The position numbers and the translations under genes were made by a program. The notes beneath the pieces are model-generated. The model ran no database searches. It was not told where the DNA came from and worked only from the letters and a program-made list of their open reading frames with translations. Positions 9,799 through 19,592 of a stretch of 36,545 nucleotides of DNA are shown one piece after another (position 1 is the stretch's first letter; every line of letters starts with the position of its first letter). This stretch comes from a virus. Its lineage: Duplodnaviria > Heunggongvirae > Uroviricota > Caudoviricetes. The DNA is taken from IMG/VR virus record IMGVR_UViG_2585427736_000013. One strand, given 5' to 3'.

Positions 9799-9809
9799 GC
9801 GCCTTTTTT
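9788..9809. terminator. bidirectional intrinsic terminator between acetyltransferase and G
   Basis: A7 - GGCGC - agtaa - GCGCC - T6; acetyltransferase stop codon lies in the loop, G stop (rc of 9809-9811) abuts the T-run. Confidence 0.7.
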
Positions 9810-10384
9810 CATGGTTGCTCTGGCCAATCAATATCGGTGGTATTTTCTGGTTGAATACGATTCACCAATACACGGTACTTCTTCCAGCGTGTCAAGTTTA
9901 TCTTTTCGTCTTCTGTCGCTATATCTAAATCAACAGCGTCCTGCAAAGTAGCAATGATCTTACTCGCATAAGCGATTTGTTCTCTCTTCTGAGATTCGGC
10001 GGCTCTGACAAGTGCATCACGCTCTGCATTCTCATCATTCACCCACGCATTTCCGTTCCATTTCTGATAATCCCCCTCCGGGGAAATGGCTGTCACGTCT
10101 GGAGGTAATGCGCCAAGTTCAGAAATATAAATGGCTGCTCCTGTTTTCGTTTCATAGACGGTCTTTCCGCGATGGTCTTCCATCAGTTCCCATTTCATTT
10201 CATCTGCATTGAAAACGGCTGCATAACCAGCAGGAATATCAGGTGGTGCAATATCTGTACTGTTTGCTGGCAGACCTGTATACGGTGGAATATACGCTTC
10301 ACTTTCCCCAATAAATTCATTGGTTCCATCAAGTAAATTAAATACGCGGATAGTTTGTGCTTCTGCACTCATTCTGAAAGCCAT
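9809..10384 (-). CDS. G: tail fibre assembly chaperone
   Basis: 191 aa; Tfa-like N-terminus ([13 protein letters not shown]...); start overlaps stop of H. Confidence 0.88.
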   Translation of the reverse strand: MAFRMSAEAQTIRVFNLLDGTNEFIGESEAYIPPYTGLPANSTDIAPPDIPAGYAAVFNADEMKWELMEDHRGKTVYETKTGAAIYISELGALPPDVTAISPEGDYQKWNGNAWVNDENAERDALVRAAESQKREQIAYASKIIATLQDAVDLDIATEDEKINLTRWKKYRVLVNRIQPENTTDIDWPEQP

Positions 10385-12171
10385 TATGCAAGCCTCACAA
10401 TATAGTTAAATGCGATGTTTTTTACGGTATTTTCTGTATTACCTGTAGCATTAACGGTAATAGAGTGCCCGTGTGAGCCAATAGCAACCGTGTGTGAATG
10501 TGCACCAATACCAACAGTATGGTTATGTGCTCCAATGTTGACTGTATGTGCATGATTGCCTGATGAACTTGTAGTCGTAGCACCTTTATCACTTCGCGGA
10601 ACACCATAATCTGCACCGCCTGATTGCACGCTCACAGCAAAACCGACGGTATGTGTATGATTGCCAGAAGTATTGGTTGATTTTGTGCCGTGGTTAAACG
10701 TACTGACTGTTTTTGTCCCGTAATCAAATGAACTGGTCGTTTTCGTTCCTAAGTCCGTATTTGACGCACTGGCGCTGTGAGTATGCGATTTAATCCCGTC
10801 CTGTTCCTGAGACAATACGGCCCGACCAGTGGCGGGTTTTCCTTTGATTGTCCAGCCACGCATATCAGGGAGCACACCAGAGGGATAAGCTACTGCAAGT
10901 TTCGGGTATGCTGATTTGTCAAAAGCCTGCCCCACCATGATAGCGTAACCGTCAGGCGGCGTATCTGACGGCCACGGCAGAGGTATTCCCGGTGGTAATG
11001 CTTCAATTCCCTTTGTGCCATCAAAAGCAACACCACTGATGGGGTGTGCTGTTTCCAGTTTACTTGCAGATACTGCGTTACCTGTTGCGGATAATGCGCC
11101 AATATCCTGCACTGTGGGCTTGTTTTTATCCGTGTAAGTGCGGTACCAGATGGTTTTTTTTCCCTTGTCCAGTATCACCCCGGTAAATTGTGCCCGGTGT
11201 TCTTTTGTGGTCGGATCTGAATCTTCCAGCCCTGTGGTGATCCTGACTATTCCGCCGATGATTTCGCCAAACACTTCAATCAGGCAGCCGCCCAGGCCGA
11301 TATCACCGTACCCCGTGTCAGTAAGCACGCAGTGCTGTGACAGCGAAATATTAGCCCTGAATATCCAGCTCCCTGTTCTGAAGGCGCCACGCTCATTCAG
11401 CCACTCCACGAATTGTTCCGTTGTCCAGCGTTGTCCTGCTTTACCTATGTACCCGTTTTTTGCATAAACGCGTGGTGTGCCCACGTTGATCAGGAACAGC
11501 TCCTTGTTGGGGATGTCCTCACCATTGCGGTTTTTCGCAAGCCGACCATCAGCGTTGTCCATGGCGATCTTTATGGCCTTTGGCGTGGCTGCCCGGGTCT
11601 CTGATGTACTGGTGGTGTCGCTGCTTAACTGAGTAAAACCTTTTGTGGTCAGCGAGGCATCCGGGTGACGTCGTGACTGTTCATGCTCTTTCAGTTTGTC
11701 ATCCACGTAATCCACTGTGGCCATCACCATGGTGTTATCCACGGTAAGCGCCACGGTGGCAGTGCTGGATACGGTCAGAATGGTGCGAAATGTTTGTGCA
11801 CGTCCGGACCCTTCGGCAACGGTTGGTTTGTAACTTTCGGCAGTATTGCCCACCGCGATTAAATCGCCGTGCTCATCAAATACACCAATTTCCCGGATCC
11901 AGAATCCGCCCGTTTCAGGAGGAATAACCAGCTCCGCAATAATGCGGTTCTGATGTGTTGCGTCCAGGATGACGCGATTAACAGTGTTTCGCCACACCTC
12001 ATGCACCAGACGGATCTGCTTACTGTCTGGTGTGGGCAACGTGCCGCCACCGTCGCCCACGGCCATATGAGTCAGGCGGACAGGCTTACCATCTGGCGCG
12101 GCTGCCTGAGCTAATTTTTTTGCACCCGTATCGGTGATAACGGTTTTAAATTTTCGTGTTGTGGTACTCAT
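10384..12171 (-). CDS. H: tail fibre protein
   Basis: 595 aa; N-terminal region like P2 H ([43 protein letters not shown]); C-terminal region with repeated GNHxHTV / HxH motifs. Confidence 0.9.
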   Translation of the reverse strand: MSTTTRKFKTVITDTGAKKLAQAAAPDGKPVRLTHMAVGDGGGTLPTPDSKQIRLVHEVWRNTVNRVILDATHQNRIIAELVIPPETGGFWIREIGVFDEHGDLIAVGNTAESYKPTVAEGSGRAQTFRTILTVSSTATVALTVDNTMVMATVDYVDDKLKEHEQSRRHPDASLTTKGFTQLSSDTTSTSETRAATPKAIKIAMDNADGRLAKNRNGEDIPNKELFLINVGTPRVYAKNGYIGKAGQRWTTEQFVEWLNERGAFRTGSWIFRANISLSQHCVLTDTGYGDIGLGGCLIEVFGEIIGGIVRITTGLEDSDPTTKEHRAQFTGVILDKGKKTIWYRTYTDKNKPTVQDIGALSATGNAVSASKLETAHPISGVAFDGTKGIEALPPGIPLPWPSDTPPDGYAIMVGQAFDKSAYPKLAVAYPSGVLPDMRGWTIKGKPATGRAVLSQEQDGIKSHTHSASASNTDLGTKTTSSFDYGTKTVSTFNHGTKSTNTSGNHTHTVGFAVSVQSGGADYGVPRSDKGATTTSSSGNHAHTVNIGAHNHTVGIGAHSHTVAIGSHGHSITVNATGNTENTVKNIAFNYIVRLA

Positions 12172-12173
12172 GC

Positions 12174-12704
12174 TTAATCGCCTGGATAAATGGTAATAAC
12201 TTCACCGTCATAAGTTGCCGCCGCTGCGAAAATATCCCCCGGAATTTCCTGAATGATATTCAGCCCTGTCATGTGGCGGCTGACCGGGCGGGCATCAGCA
12301 ATCAATCGCTCCATTTCCAGATACATTTCCTCCGTCACGCCACTGTCCAGCGTGCCGACTTCAACGGTAAATGTTCCCGGTTCTCCGCCGAACTCCCACC
12401 ACTCAGACACGCGAATGAGGTATCCCAGCGGCTCAATGGCCCGGCGCAGTGCGCTGATGGTCCCTTTGTGTCGGTGTATCAGCCATGCATCACGAATAAC
12501 CTGTCGCTTTGTCTCTTCCGGCCAGTTGCGATCCCAGCGGTCAACGGAAAATGCCCAGGCGAGATAAGGCAGCAGATGCACCGGGCAGGTGTCCGGCGAC
12601 CACAGCGTGTTGAGGTCTACCGGGATGTCTGTAATGCGCGCTCCGACAGCTTCGGCACAACGCATGAAATTGCTGGCTGATGGCGGTAACAGTGAATTAC
12701 TCAT
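12174..12704 (-). CDS. I: baseplate assembly protein I
   Basis: Track frame 12174..12737; start moved to ATG (rc of 12702-12704) with AAGGTGGG Shine-Dalgarno and ATGA-type overlap with J stop, giving 176 aa. Confidence 0.88.
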   Translation of the reverse strand: MSNSLLPPSASNFMRCAEAVGARITDIPVDLNTLWSPDTCPVHLLPYLAWAFSVDRWDRNWPEETKRQVIRDAWLIHRHKGTISALRRAIEPLGYLIRVSEWWEFGGEPGTFTVEVGTLDSGVTEEMYLEMERLIADARPVSRHMTGLNIIQEIPGDIFAAAATYDGEVITIYPGD

Positions 12705-13593
12705 TACGCCCACCTTCGCTGATGGTGAATGACTCACAGCGCGCCGCTTGTATGTCGCTGATGGCCATATTCTGTGTAGGTTCGATTATCTCCACGCGTT
12801 GCACACCGTGCACATGCAGTGCGGCAGCAATGGCGGACAACGCCACGTCCTGACCGATAAGCCCCTGCTCAGCCAGCCACTTCCTGAACGACGATTCAGC
12901 CGCAGCCAGAATAGGTTCGGATTCCGGACCGGGGTAAAAGTACAGTTTTGCATTCAGCCGCCATGTCACGATGCTGGCGCTCTGTACGGTCAGGCGGTCG
13001 GCCACCGGGCGGGTATCCTCTGCATTCAGAACGGCGCGAACGGTATTAAGCAACGCCTCCGTTGCTGTGCCGTCGCCTTTAGTGGACAGAATGGAAACCG
13101 TCACATTTGCCGGAGACGGACTGATAGCCCGCGCATCACGCACCAGACCGCTGGCGCTGCGGGCAAAATACTCGTATGCACCTGACGGGCCAGCAACACT
13201 CAGGCCGTCGTACGCCCGCTGCGCCCGCAGTCTCAGCGAGGTGTCGCTCTCCATCACCGCGTCGGTGGTATCCGTTGCCGGAGTGATAACCAGGCGCTTT
13301 GTGTTCATATTGCCCGCGAGGTTGTCCAGGTCTGTCCCGGCGCTGTGGCTTAACATGCAGGCGCGTGCACCCTCATTGACCCGCTGGCGTAACAGCATTT
13401 CACGAAACGCTGTTGTCTGGGCGATAACGTTCAGTGGTTCCGATTCCAGCTCCAGCGCGGCGGAGACGGCTTCACGCTGTTCGGCGGGATAAGCCGCAAT
13501 CATCATGGCCTTTGTGTCAGCCAGAATTGCCTCAAAGTCAGGCTCCGCGATGATGGCGGGGTCCGGTAACTGTGAAAGGTCAACGGCGGGCAT
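12697..13593 (-). CDS. J: baseplate wedge protein J
   Basis: 298 aa, position and size of P2 J. Confidence 0.88.
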   Translation of the reverse strand: MPAVDLSQLPDPAIIAEPDFEAILADTKAMMIAAYPAEQREAVSAALELESEPLNVIAQTTAFREMLLRQRVNEGARACMLSHSAGTDLDNLAGNMNTKRLVITPATDTTDAVMESDTSLRLRAQRAYDGLSVAGPSGAYEYFARSASGLVRDARAISPSPANVTVSILSTKGDGTATEALLNTVRAVLNAEDTRPVADRLTVQSASIVTWRLNAKLYFYPGPESEPILAAAESSFRKWLAEQGLIGQDVALSAIAAALHVHGVQRVEIIEPTQNMAISDIQAARCESFTISEGGRNE

Positions 13594-13596
13594 GAT

Positions 13597-13947
13597 TTAC
13601 TCCCTTAGCGTGATGGTTAATTCAACATTCTGCATGGTCTGCATGACAGTGCCCGACAGCGTCACCCCGGCGCGGCCTCCCGCTTTCCAGACAACGTCGA
13701 TGGCATCCAGGGCAATGCGGGGTTCCCATCGTGTCAGCGCAATCACGGCAGCACTCATGCATTGCAGACGCGTGGTGTTATTCATGGGTTCGTCAATCAA
13801 ATCAGGCACAAGGCTGCCATATTCCCGTCGCATAACCCGGCTTGCCAGCGGGGTGGTCAGGATGTCCCTGACTGACTGTTTCAGGTGCTCCATATCGTTC
13901 AGGTTTCCCGTCCCGTCCGGATTCATTCCTGTGTAGCGGGTTGTCAC
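13597..13947 (-). CDS. W: baseplate protein W
   Basis: 116 aa, position and size of P2 W. Confidence 0.85.
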   Translation of the reverse strand: MTTRYTGMNPDGTGNLNDMEHLKQSVRDILTTPLASRVMRREYGSLVPDLIDEPMNNTTRLQCMSAAVIALTRWEPRIALDAIDVVWKAGGRAGVTLSGTVMQTMQNVELTITLRE

Positions 13948-14525
13948 TGCGGGCCTCCTGTCGAATCGCTGCCGCCTTTCACGCCACCGTGTTTATGCGT
14001 ATGCACGGTAATGCCGTTTGAGGTGAAGTTGCCGCCGCTGTGCGTGATATTGCCGCTCATCTTTCCTCCTTTTGTGACGTCAAGCGTCGCCGTTCTCAGA
14101 AGGTTTGTGCATTCCACGACGGGCGTATCCAGTTTCACGCTGACGGATGCCTGCAAAGTGGCCGTTTTCATGCCGCTGGCGCTCAGTGCGCCTGCGTCTG
14201 CGTCGTAGCGGAACACCGCGCCATCCGGCGCGCTGACCACGATTTCTTTCAGGCTTTTGCCGGGGGCCGGACTGGCATCACTCCACAGGCTGCCAATTAT
14301 CATGGCGGTTTCCGGGTTGCCGCCAATGCAGGCAATTACCACCTGTTCGCCTGGTGATGGCGGCAGCCACACATTGAAGGCCCCCGCGCGCGTGGTGTTC
14401 CAGCGCAACCAGCCTGTTTCCAGTTCGCCGCTGCGAACGCGCACGCGCCAGGACTTCTCATCAACTTCAGAGATGATCCCGGTGCGGATGATATTGCTCA
14501 GCAGTCGCATGAGTTCTGCGCTCAC
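13944..14525 (-). CDS. V: baseplate spike/hub protein V
   Basis: 193 aa, overlapping stop/start with W and S. Confidence 0.85.
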   Translation of the reverse strand: MSAELMRLLSNIIRTGIISEVDEKSWRVRVRSGELETGWLRWNTTRAGAFNVWLPPSPGEQVVIACIGGNPETAMIIGSLWSDASPAPGKSLKEIVVSAPDGAVFRYDADAGALSASGMKTATLQASVSVKLDTPVVECTNLLRTATLDVTKGGKMSGNITHSGGNFTSNGITVHTHKHGGVKGGSDSTGGPQ

Positions 14526-15166
14526 CGTACAGCCTCCGCAATCCGGCCCAGCACCGTGTTATAAATCAGGCGCTCATCTGCCTGGCTGATACCCAGCAGC
14601 TCACGTACCGGGTAATCGGTGAAAATGCCCGGCGCAACCTGATCGCGCTCACCGAACTGATGAACGCGGGCAATACGTGCGGCCACGCCGCTGTAACCCA
14701 CCGTCACACCGGAAGTATCTGCACGGGCTTTCAGGTAGCGGGCGGTGCGCAGTTTTACGAACATGGGGACGCGCTTTGTGCTGTCCTGGTTGATGCGCCG
14801 GGTGCGTATTTCCAGAAAGCGGTCGATGTCATCCCGGTAAAACGTGCGGATATTGTTTTTATCCTCATCCCACCCGGTAATGGTTCGCCCGTATTTCCCC
14901 GTGTCGTGATGCCAGTTTTTCAGCGTGCGTGCTTCGTTATTCCAGATAAAGCGAATGCGTTCCTGTATCCGGGTTACGCGGCGTCTGCGTGGTGTCCACG
15001 CGGTCCCGTCCGGCGCTTTCTGTGATCGGATACGCGCCTGCTGGGCGCGGCGTAAATCCTGTGCCAGCTTTCTGGCGATGTTATTGATGGCCTGCTGATT
15101 CAGGCTGTCGCGGATGGCCTCAAAGGTTTCATCCACGCGGGTGAATGTCTTATCCATCGCTTTCAC
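14522..15166 (-). CDS. S: tail completion / virion morphogenesis protein S (start uncertain)
   Basis: Frame between R and V; 214-aa longest ORF is longer than P2 S, true start may be internal. Confidence 0.65.
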   Translation of the reverse strand: MKAMDKTFTRVDETFEAIRDSLNQQAINNIARKLAQDLRRAQQARIRSQKAPDGTAWTPRRRRVTRIQERIRFIWNNEARTLKNWHHDTGKYGRTITGWDEDKNNIRTFYRDDIDRFLEIRTRRINQDSTKRVPMFVKLRTARYLKARADTSGVTVGYSGVAARIARVHQFGERDQVAPGIFTDYPVRELLGISQADERLIYNTVLGRIAEAVR

Positions 15167-15617
15167 CCCACGTCACATCCTGGAATACATGCGACCAGTC
15201 GCCTTCGGAAGAGGGCAGACGGGGTTTTGGCTCCGGCAGGTGTTCTGCCTGCGGTGTGCCCTGACTGTTGCGCGTGATGCGAACGCGTTCCCGCAGGGGG
15301 AGCGTAAACAGGAGATCGGCGCTGTCATCGTCATTGATAACGGCGGAAAATTTGATGTCCTGATTACGCTCCGGATTGAGCAACAACTGTGGCTGATTTT
15401 CGGATAACCACGCCAGCAGCGGTAGCGTGAGGTCGTCCAGCTCTCCTGCGTAATCCATGACAAACATCACCATCTGATAGCGGTAAACAAACGAGGGCGT
15501 TTCTCCGGTCGTTTCAATGTTGCCGCTCTCCACGAAAATGGTGAATTTTTCCGGGTTAGCCTGACACCATCGGCATGAACGGGTCATGGCTTCACGCAGG
15601 GAATCAGTTTTCAGCAT
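15150..15617 (-). CDS. R: tail completion protein R
   Basis: 155 aa, same length and position as P2 R. Confidence 0.85.
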   Translation of the reverse strand: MLKTDSLREAMTRSCRWCQANPEKFTIFVESGNIETTGETPSFVYRYQMVMFVMDYAGELDDLTLPLLAWLSENQPQLLLNPERNQDIKFSAVINDDDSADLLFTLPLRERVRITRNSQGTPQAEHLPEPKPRLPSSEGDWSHVFQDVTWGESDG

Positions 15618-15924
15618 GGTTGTTGTCCTTGTTGTTCAGTCGTTGCAGCCTGCGCTGTTCCAGTAATTCAATGGCCCGTTTATCCGAGTTACAGGTTTCC
15701 AGTGCATCCAGAAGGCGGTCGCCCCATATACCGAGATTTCCCCATGTGGGAGTATCAGGGAAGGGGGGAGGCGTTACCGGTATGGTCAGCGTCTGTGGTA
15801 TAAGCCGGACTGACGGCGCTGGCAGTGGCGCGTTCTGCGTGCCTGCGCAACCTGTCAGTAAAACGAGCGTCAGGCAAAGCGTGGGCGCATTCATCTTTTG
15901 CAATATCGTTGCGTAGCTGTTCAC
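15604..15924 (-). CDS. o-spanin lipoprotein (LysC/Rz1-like), partly embedded in lysB
   Basis: Out-of-frame overlap with 3' half of the i-spanin ORF; lipobox LTGC after a hydrophobic segment; Pro-rich periplasmic part; start is GTG 15924 (with GGAGAGG) or ATG 15894. Confidence 0.65.
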   Translation of the reverse strand: MNSYATILQKMNAPTLCLTLVLLTGCAGTQNAPLPAPSVRLIPQTLTIPVTPPPFPDTPTWGNLGIWGDRLLDALETCNSDKRAIELLEQRRLQRLNNKDNNHAEN

Positions 15925-16162
15925 GTCTGGCCTCTCCGTCCTGATTTCGTTGTTGATTTTCCACGCGGAGTTGCGCCAGCACCTGCTGCATATCCTGTAC
16001 CCCGGTGCTGATGATATTCAGGGTGTCGACGGTACTTTTCAGGGCGCTGGCCTGCGCTTCGTTTCTGGCGTTCTCCCGGCCCAGCGACCACGACAGACGC
16101 ATGGATGTTCCCCATGCGGCAATCAGAAGGAAAGCGACGCCCAGCGTGGGCCAGAGCTTCAT
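15755..16162 (-). CDS. i-spanin (LysB/Rz-like)
   Basis: Start placed at ATG (rc of 16160-16162, MKLWPTLGVAFLLIAAWG) overlapping endolysin stop; N-terminal TM then coiled-coil-like domain. Confidence 0.7.
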   Translation of the reverse strand: MKLWPTLGVAFLLIAAWGTSMRLSWSLGRENARNEAQASALKSTVDTLNIISTGVQDMQQVLAQLRVENQQRNQDGEARREQLRNDIAKDECAHALPDARFTDRLRRHAERATASAVSPAYTTDADHTGNASPLP

Positions 16163-16551
16163 GCCGGATAGGCTCCGTGTGGTAACTGAAAATGTGGTCC
16201 GTCTTTCAGGGTCTTCCAGTCGCCGCCCCATTCCACCGGAATATTCAGTTCCCGGCTGGCCTGTCTGAATGCTGCTGCGATTTTTTCGTACAGCGGCCAT
16301 TCCCATGACACCTGGCTGCCGATATAAGCCACAACATCCACGGCATGCCCCGTAAGGTGGCGGCTGTTCATGGTCTGGCTCTTACCCGTGGCCACAAGTT
16401 GCTTCTGGCGGTAACGGCTGCGCAACCCTTCGGTGATACCAAAATCCACTTCCGAGATTTCCAGTGCCCGTCGGGTCACTTTCACCAGATCAGGATTTAC
16501 GCCCTGCAAATTCTTTTCGCTCCGGCTGCTGAATTTAAATGTGTTGCTCAT
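16159..16551 (-). CDS. endolysin, peptidase M15 (VanY-like D-Ala-D-Ala carboxypeptidase fold)
   Basis: 130 aa with SRHLTGHAVDV and DGPHFQLP zinc-ligand-like motifs; position of the endolysin in the lysis cassette. Confidence 0.75.
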   Translation of the reverse strand: MSNTFKFSSRSEKNLQGVNPDLVKVTRRALEISEVDFGITEGLRSRYRQKQLVATGKSQTMNSRHLTGHAVDVVAYIGSQVSWEWPLYEKIAAAFRQASRELNIPVEWGGDWKTLKDGPHFQLPHGAYPA

Positions 16552-16871
16552 TCGTCCTTCTCCTTCACCCTGCGATTAAAGGCCGCAATAACCTTGTCGC
16601 GTGCTTTCTCTGCACCCATAAAACCGATTGATGCGCCGATAAACGTCACGGCATCTTCAGGAAACCCGAAGAAGCGCAACGACCCGGCCACGGCCATGGC
16701 GAGAACGCCGCACGCCAGCGATCCCGTTACGGTCTGAACCAGTGTTCGTCCGTCATAAAGACTCATCAGCGCGGAAATGCTGACCGCCGCGCCTACTGCA
16801 TACACCGTTGGCAGGTGGTCAAAGAGCCATGCAATAACCTGCTCTGTGATCCCTGTTTGAATGGTGTTCAC
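16548..16871 (-). CDS. holin (predicted, three hydrophobic segments)
   Basis: Track frame 16548..17090; start placed at GTG (rc of 16869-16871) preceded by GGGGGAG just after X stop; charged C-terminal tail. Confidence 0.55.
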   Translation of the reverse strand: MNTIQTGITEQVIAWLFDHLPTVYAVGAAVSISALMSLYDGRTLVQTVTGSLACGVLAMAVAGSLRFFGFPEDAVTFIGASIGFMGAEKARDKVIAAFNRRVKEKDE

Positions 16872-16873
16872 TG

Positions 16874-17074
16874 CTACTCCCCCCACAACTGAATCATTTC
16901 TCGTTTCTTCTTCTCCTGTTCCGGCATCTCCACGTCCTGCCCAGCGTCCAGAAATACCTGCTGACAGAGTCCGGGGTTGGCATCCAGCACCTTTTCGGTG
17001 ACGCCCTGCGTCGTGCCGTAGTACCGGAAACAGAGCGAATCCACGGTGTCGCCTTCCAGTGCCTTCACTTTCAT
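16874..17074 (-). CDS. X: tail protein X (LysM-like)
   Basis: Track frame 16874..17107; start placed at internal ATG (MKVKALEGDTV) giving 67 aa as in P2 X and abutting L stop. Confidence 0.8.
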   Translation of the reverse strand: MKVKALEGDTVDSLCFRYYGTTQGVTEKVLDANPGLCQQVFLDAGQDVEMPEQEKKKREMIQLWGE

Positions 17075-17577
17075 CAGCACAACTCCGCAAAGATTCGCGG
17101 GCGGCACAGAATGTCAGAGATGGCCCAGCTCACATCGCGCCACAAATCCGATGTCTGTATATCCAGTGCGTCCGCCCGGCGGTCGCCCTTGTCCGTTGTG
17201 TCCGCATCGCGGTAACGCTCCAGAATCAGGGCGCGTGTGGCGGTATAAACAGCATTGCGCCAGCGCCAGAGATTGACGCTTTCTCCGTTAATTACGGGGG
17301 CCGGAACATCGGCCAGCGTCTGATGGCCAGCCGCCTGCTGTTCCTGCTGCCATGCTTCCAGCTCGCGGGTAACGTGAGCCACGGCCCCGGTGGCAGTATG
17401 CAGCAGGCGGGAGGTGGTCACGCGGCCCGGCAGTCGTACCGCCAGACGCAGCTCGCGCAGCACAATATCCGGCCAGAATGCACCTGCTGAAATGCGAGTG
17501 TCGCCATCATCGGTATCGGTGATGTCGTCCTCTGCGGGTCCTGGTTCAGTTCTGGCAACCATACTCATGGGGTTCAC
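17074..17577 (-). CDS. L: capsid completion protein L
   Basis: 167 aa; size and position of P2 L. Confidence 0.88.
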   Translation of the reverse strand: MNPMSMVARTEPGPAEDDITDTDDGDTRISAGAFWPDIVLRELRLAVRLPGRVTTSRLLHTATGAVAHVTRELEAWQQEQQAAGHQTLADVPAPVINGESVNLWRWRNAVYTATRALILERYRDADTTDKGDRRADALDIQTSDLWRDVSWAISDILCRPRIFAELC

Positions 17578-17670
17578 TCCTGAAAAAAATCGGGCGGTGG
17601 GTGCGCGGTGTAAACGGTCACGGAGTCAAACCGGAACACCGCGCACGCCGCCCGCTGACGGGGTCAGTCG

Positions 17671-18471
17671 TTAACCGCGCTTCGCCTTCTGCGTCGCGGT
17701 GGTTTTTCGTGTTGCAGGCTTCCGCGTTGTCTTTTTACTTTTGCTGCTTTCGTCCTGCGCCTGCTGTGCGCTGGCGTCTTCTGATGCGTCTGCGGAATCG
17801 GCTTTTTTCAGGGCGCGGGAAAGGGTTGCAATCTCGCGTTTCACACCTGCGTTCGGGTTCAGGTGCATCGCTTCGCGCAGCAGCTTCAGTGATGAGGCCA
17901 TGCTGTCTGCATCGGTCAGGCCACGACGGGCAAAGGCACACGCCTTGCATAATTTGGCGCGCACTTCGTCCGGCATGTCCTGGTTGGCGACAATTTCCCA
18001 AAGTGTGTCCAGTGGTTCGATAAAGGCGGATAAATCCGCGTCGGCATCCGTCCCGGCCTGCGTCAGTACCGGGTTGCAGATTTCTTCGGTCAGCACTGTG
18101 GCAGCAGTACGTCCAAAGTTATCCGGCATGATGAGGTTGTGACGGACCACATATGCACCAATACGCAGCGCCAGCGGAAGATCGCCGCAGTCAATCGCCC
18201 ACACCATCAGCGTGGCAATCACTTCATCCTGCTGCCCGCCGTCAGCCTCCAGCGTTCCCTCAATCCAGCCGAAAAAGTCCGGTAATAACTCTTTTTTGAT
18301 GGCGGCTTTCGTGCTTCTGGCCTGTACGCCCTTAAGCCGGGCCTGTGCCAGACGCAGACGATACAGCACCTCTTCATGCGCGGTACGCGCGGCGTGGTCC
18401 ACGCCTTCATTCGCCCGGCCTGCGCGCTGTGCCATCACGTTCTGCCAGTGTTGCTGTGCAGGAGTAATCAT
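17671..18471 (-). CDS. M: terminase small (endonuclease) subunit M
   Basis: 266 aa with Lys/Arg-rich C-terminus; position between N and L. Confidence 0.88.
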   Translation of the reverse strand: MITPAQQHWQNVMAQRAGRANEGVDHAARTAHEEVLYRLRLAQARLKGVQARSTKAAIKKELLPDFFGWIEGTLEADGGQQDEVIATLMVWAIDCGDLPLALRIGAYVVRHNLIMPDNFGRTAATVLTEEICNPVLTQAGTDADADLSAFIEPLDTLWEIVANQDMPDEVRAKLCKACAFARRGLTDADSMASSLKLLREAMHLNPNAGVKREIATLSRALKKADSADASEDASAQQAQDESSKSKKTTRKPATRKTTATQKAKRG

Positions 18472-18516
18472 TTTTTCTCTCCGTTACAGGCGGGCATGAT
18501 GCCCGCCGTGAGTTGA

Positions 18517-19569
18517 TTAGCTGTCGGCGAACTTCAGGCCAGTGACCATCGCGCACTTGCCATAGTCTTCAACGACATAAGCGTCATTGATGGACTGGTA
18601 GGTGGCGATGCGGTTGTATTCCGGTTCGTCTTTCATCAGACGACGCATTGAACCTTTCTGCCAGTAAATCGACAGGTTGTTGAACGAGGTGATCAGCATC
18701 GTTGAATCCGGGAAGAACGGCGCAAGGAACACGCCCATCCCGCCAATGGTGCGCGATGACAGAATGAGCTGCCCGGCAAGTAATTCCGCATTGGGATTCT
18801 GGCCGCTGATGCTGTTCAGCACGGGCAGACGCAGCGAGTTAAACAGGTTGCGCCCCATAATCACCACGAGGTCGTCAGCTTCCTTGTGCCATTCATCCAG
18901 CAGGGATGAGCGCGCGTCCTGTACCAGTGCATCAGCGTTCGCATACTTACCCGCGTGCGCCACGGTGTTGTCCATGTTACGGGAGGTCAGCGTCACGTCA
19001 TTCATAACGCGTTCGCTGGCGTCGGTTCTGATGTGCTCCAGCCACCCCACGTTAACGTCCTGAAGCAACTTGTTGGTGCTGAAGTTGGACTCATCCGCGT
19101 GAGACGTGCCGTTGAAACCGATCATGATGCGGTCAAGTGCCACCTGTCGGGCAATCTGTGCGCTGATGCGGGACTGAAAATCAGGGTGTGCCGCCCAGGC
19201 ATCAAGCTGCGGATATGAAATAAACGTGTCGTAGTTCACCTGTTCGCACTGGTATTTGCGGTTTTTCAGATCAACCACGTTATTCGGGTTACGGCGTTTT
19301 GTGCCGTCATAACTGGTATTCGTGCGCGCAATCGGCCCGGTGGTATCCAGGAGGATTTTTTCGCCTTTCTGGTCTGTCACGCCGATCACGTTAATTCTTT
19401 TTGTAAATTCGGTGCTTTCCTTTGAGGCGTTTTCAAAACGCTGCTGTACCGAGGGTTCCACGGTAAATCGCGATACCAGTGCGGAAACCGGGATATTGTT
19501 AAGCGACGCCTGCTGCGCCATATAGCAACCCAGCTTGTTGCGGGTAATATCTGACATCACCAGATTCAT
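18517..19569 (-). CDS. N: major capsid protein N
   Basis: 350 aa; P2 N-like motifs (FTVEPSV, NKYxCxQ, LDxWA, GFNG, LVVIMGR, NLSIY, YVVEDY). Confidence 0.95.
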   Translation of the reverse strand: MNLVMSDITRNKLGCYMAQQASLNNIPVSALVSRFTVEPSVQQRFENASKESTEFTKRINVIGVTDQKGEKILLDTTGPIARTNTSYDGTKRRNPNNVVDLKNRKYQCEQVNYDTFISYPQLDAWAAHPDFQSRISAQIARQVALDRIMIGFNGTSHADESNFSTNKLLQDVNVGWLEHIRTDASERVMNDVTLTSRNMDNTVAHAGKYANADALVQDARSSLLDEWHKEADDLVVIMGRNLFNSLRLPVLNSISGQNPNAELLAGQLILSSRTIGGMGVFLAPFFPDSTMLITSFNNLSIYWQKGSMRRLMKDEPEYNRIATYQSINDAYVVEDYGKCAMVTGLKFADS

Positions 19570-19592
19570 AAAAAATTTGCTCCTTTGTCTTA

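Noticed and set aside
9809-12171. Invertible tail-fibre segment of the Mu G / P1 C type
   Set aside because: No DNA invertase gene and no inverted duplicate fibre-tip cassette are present
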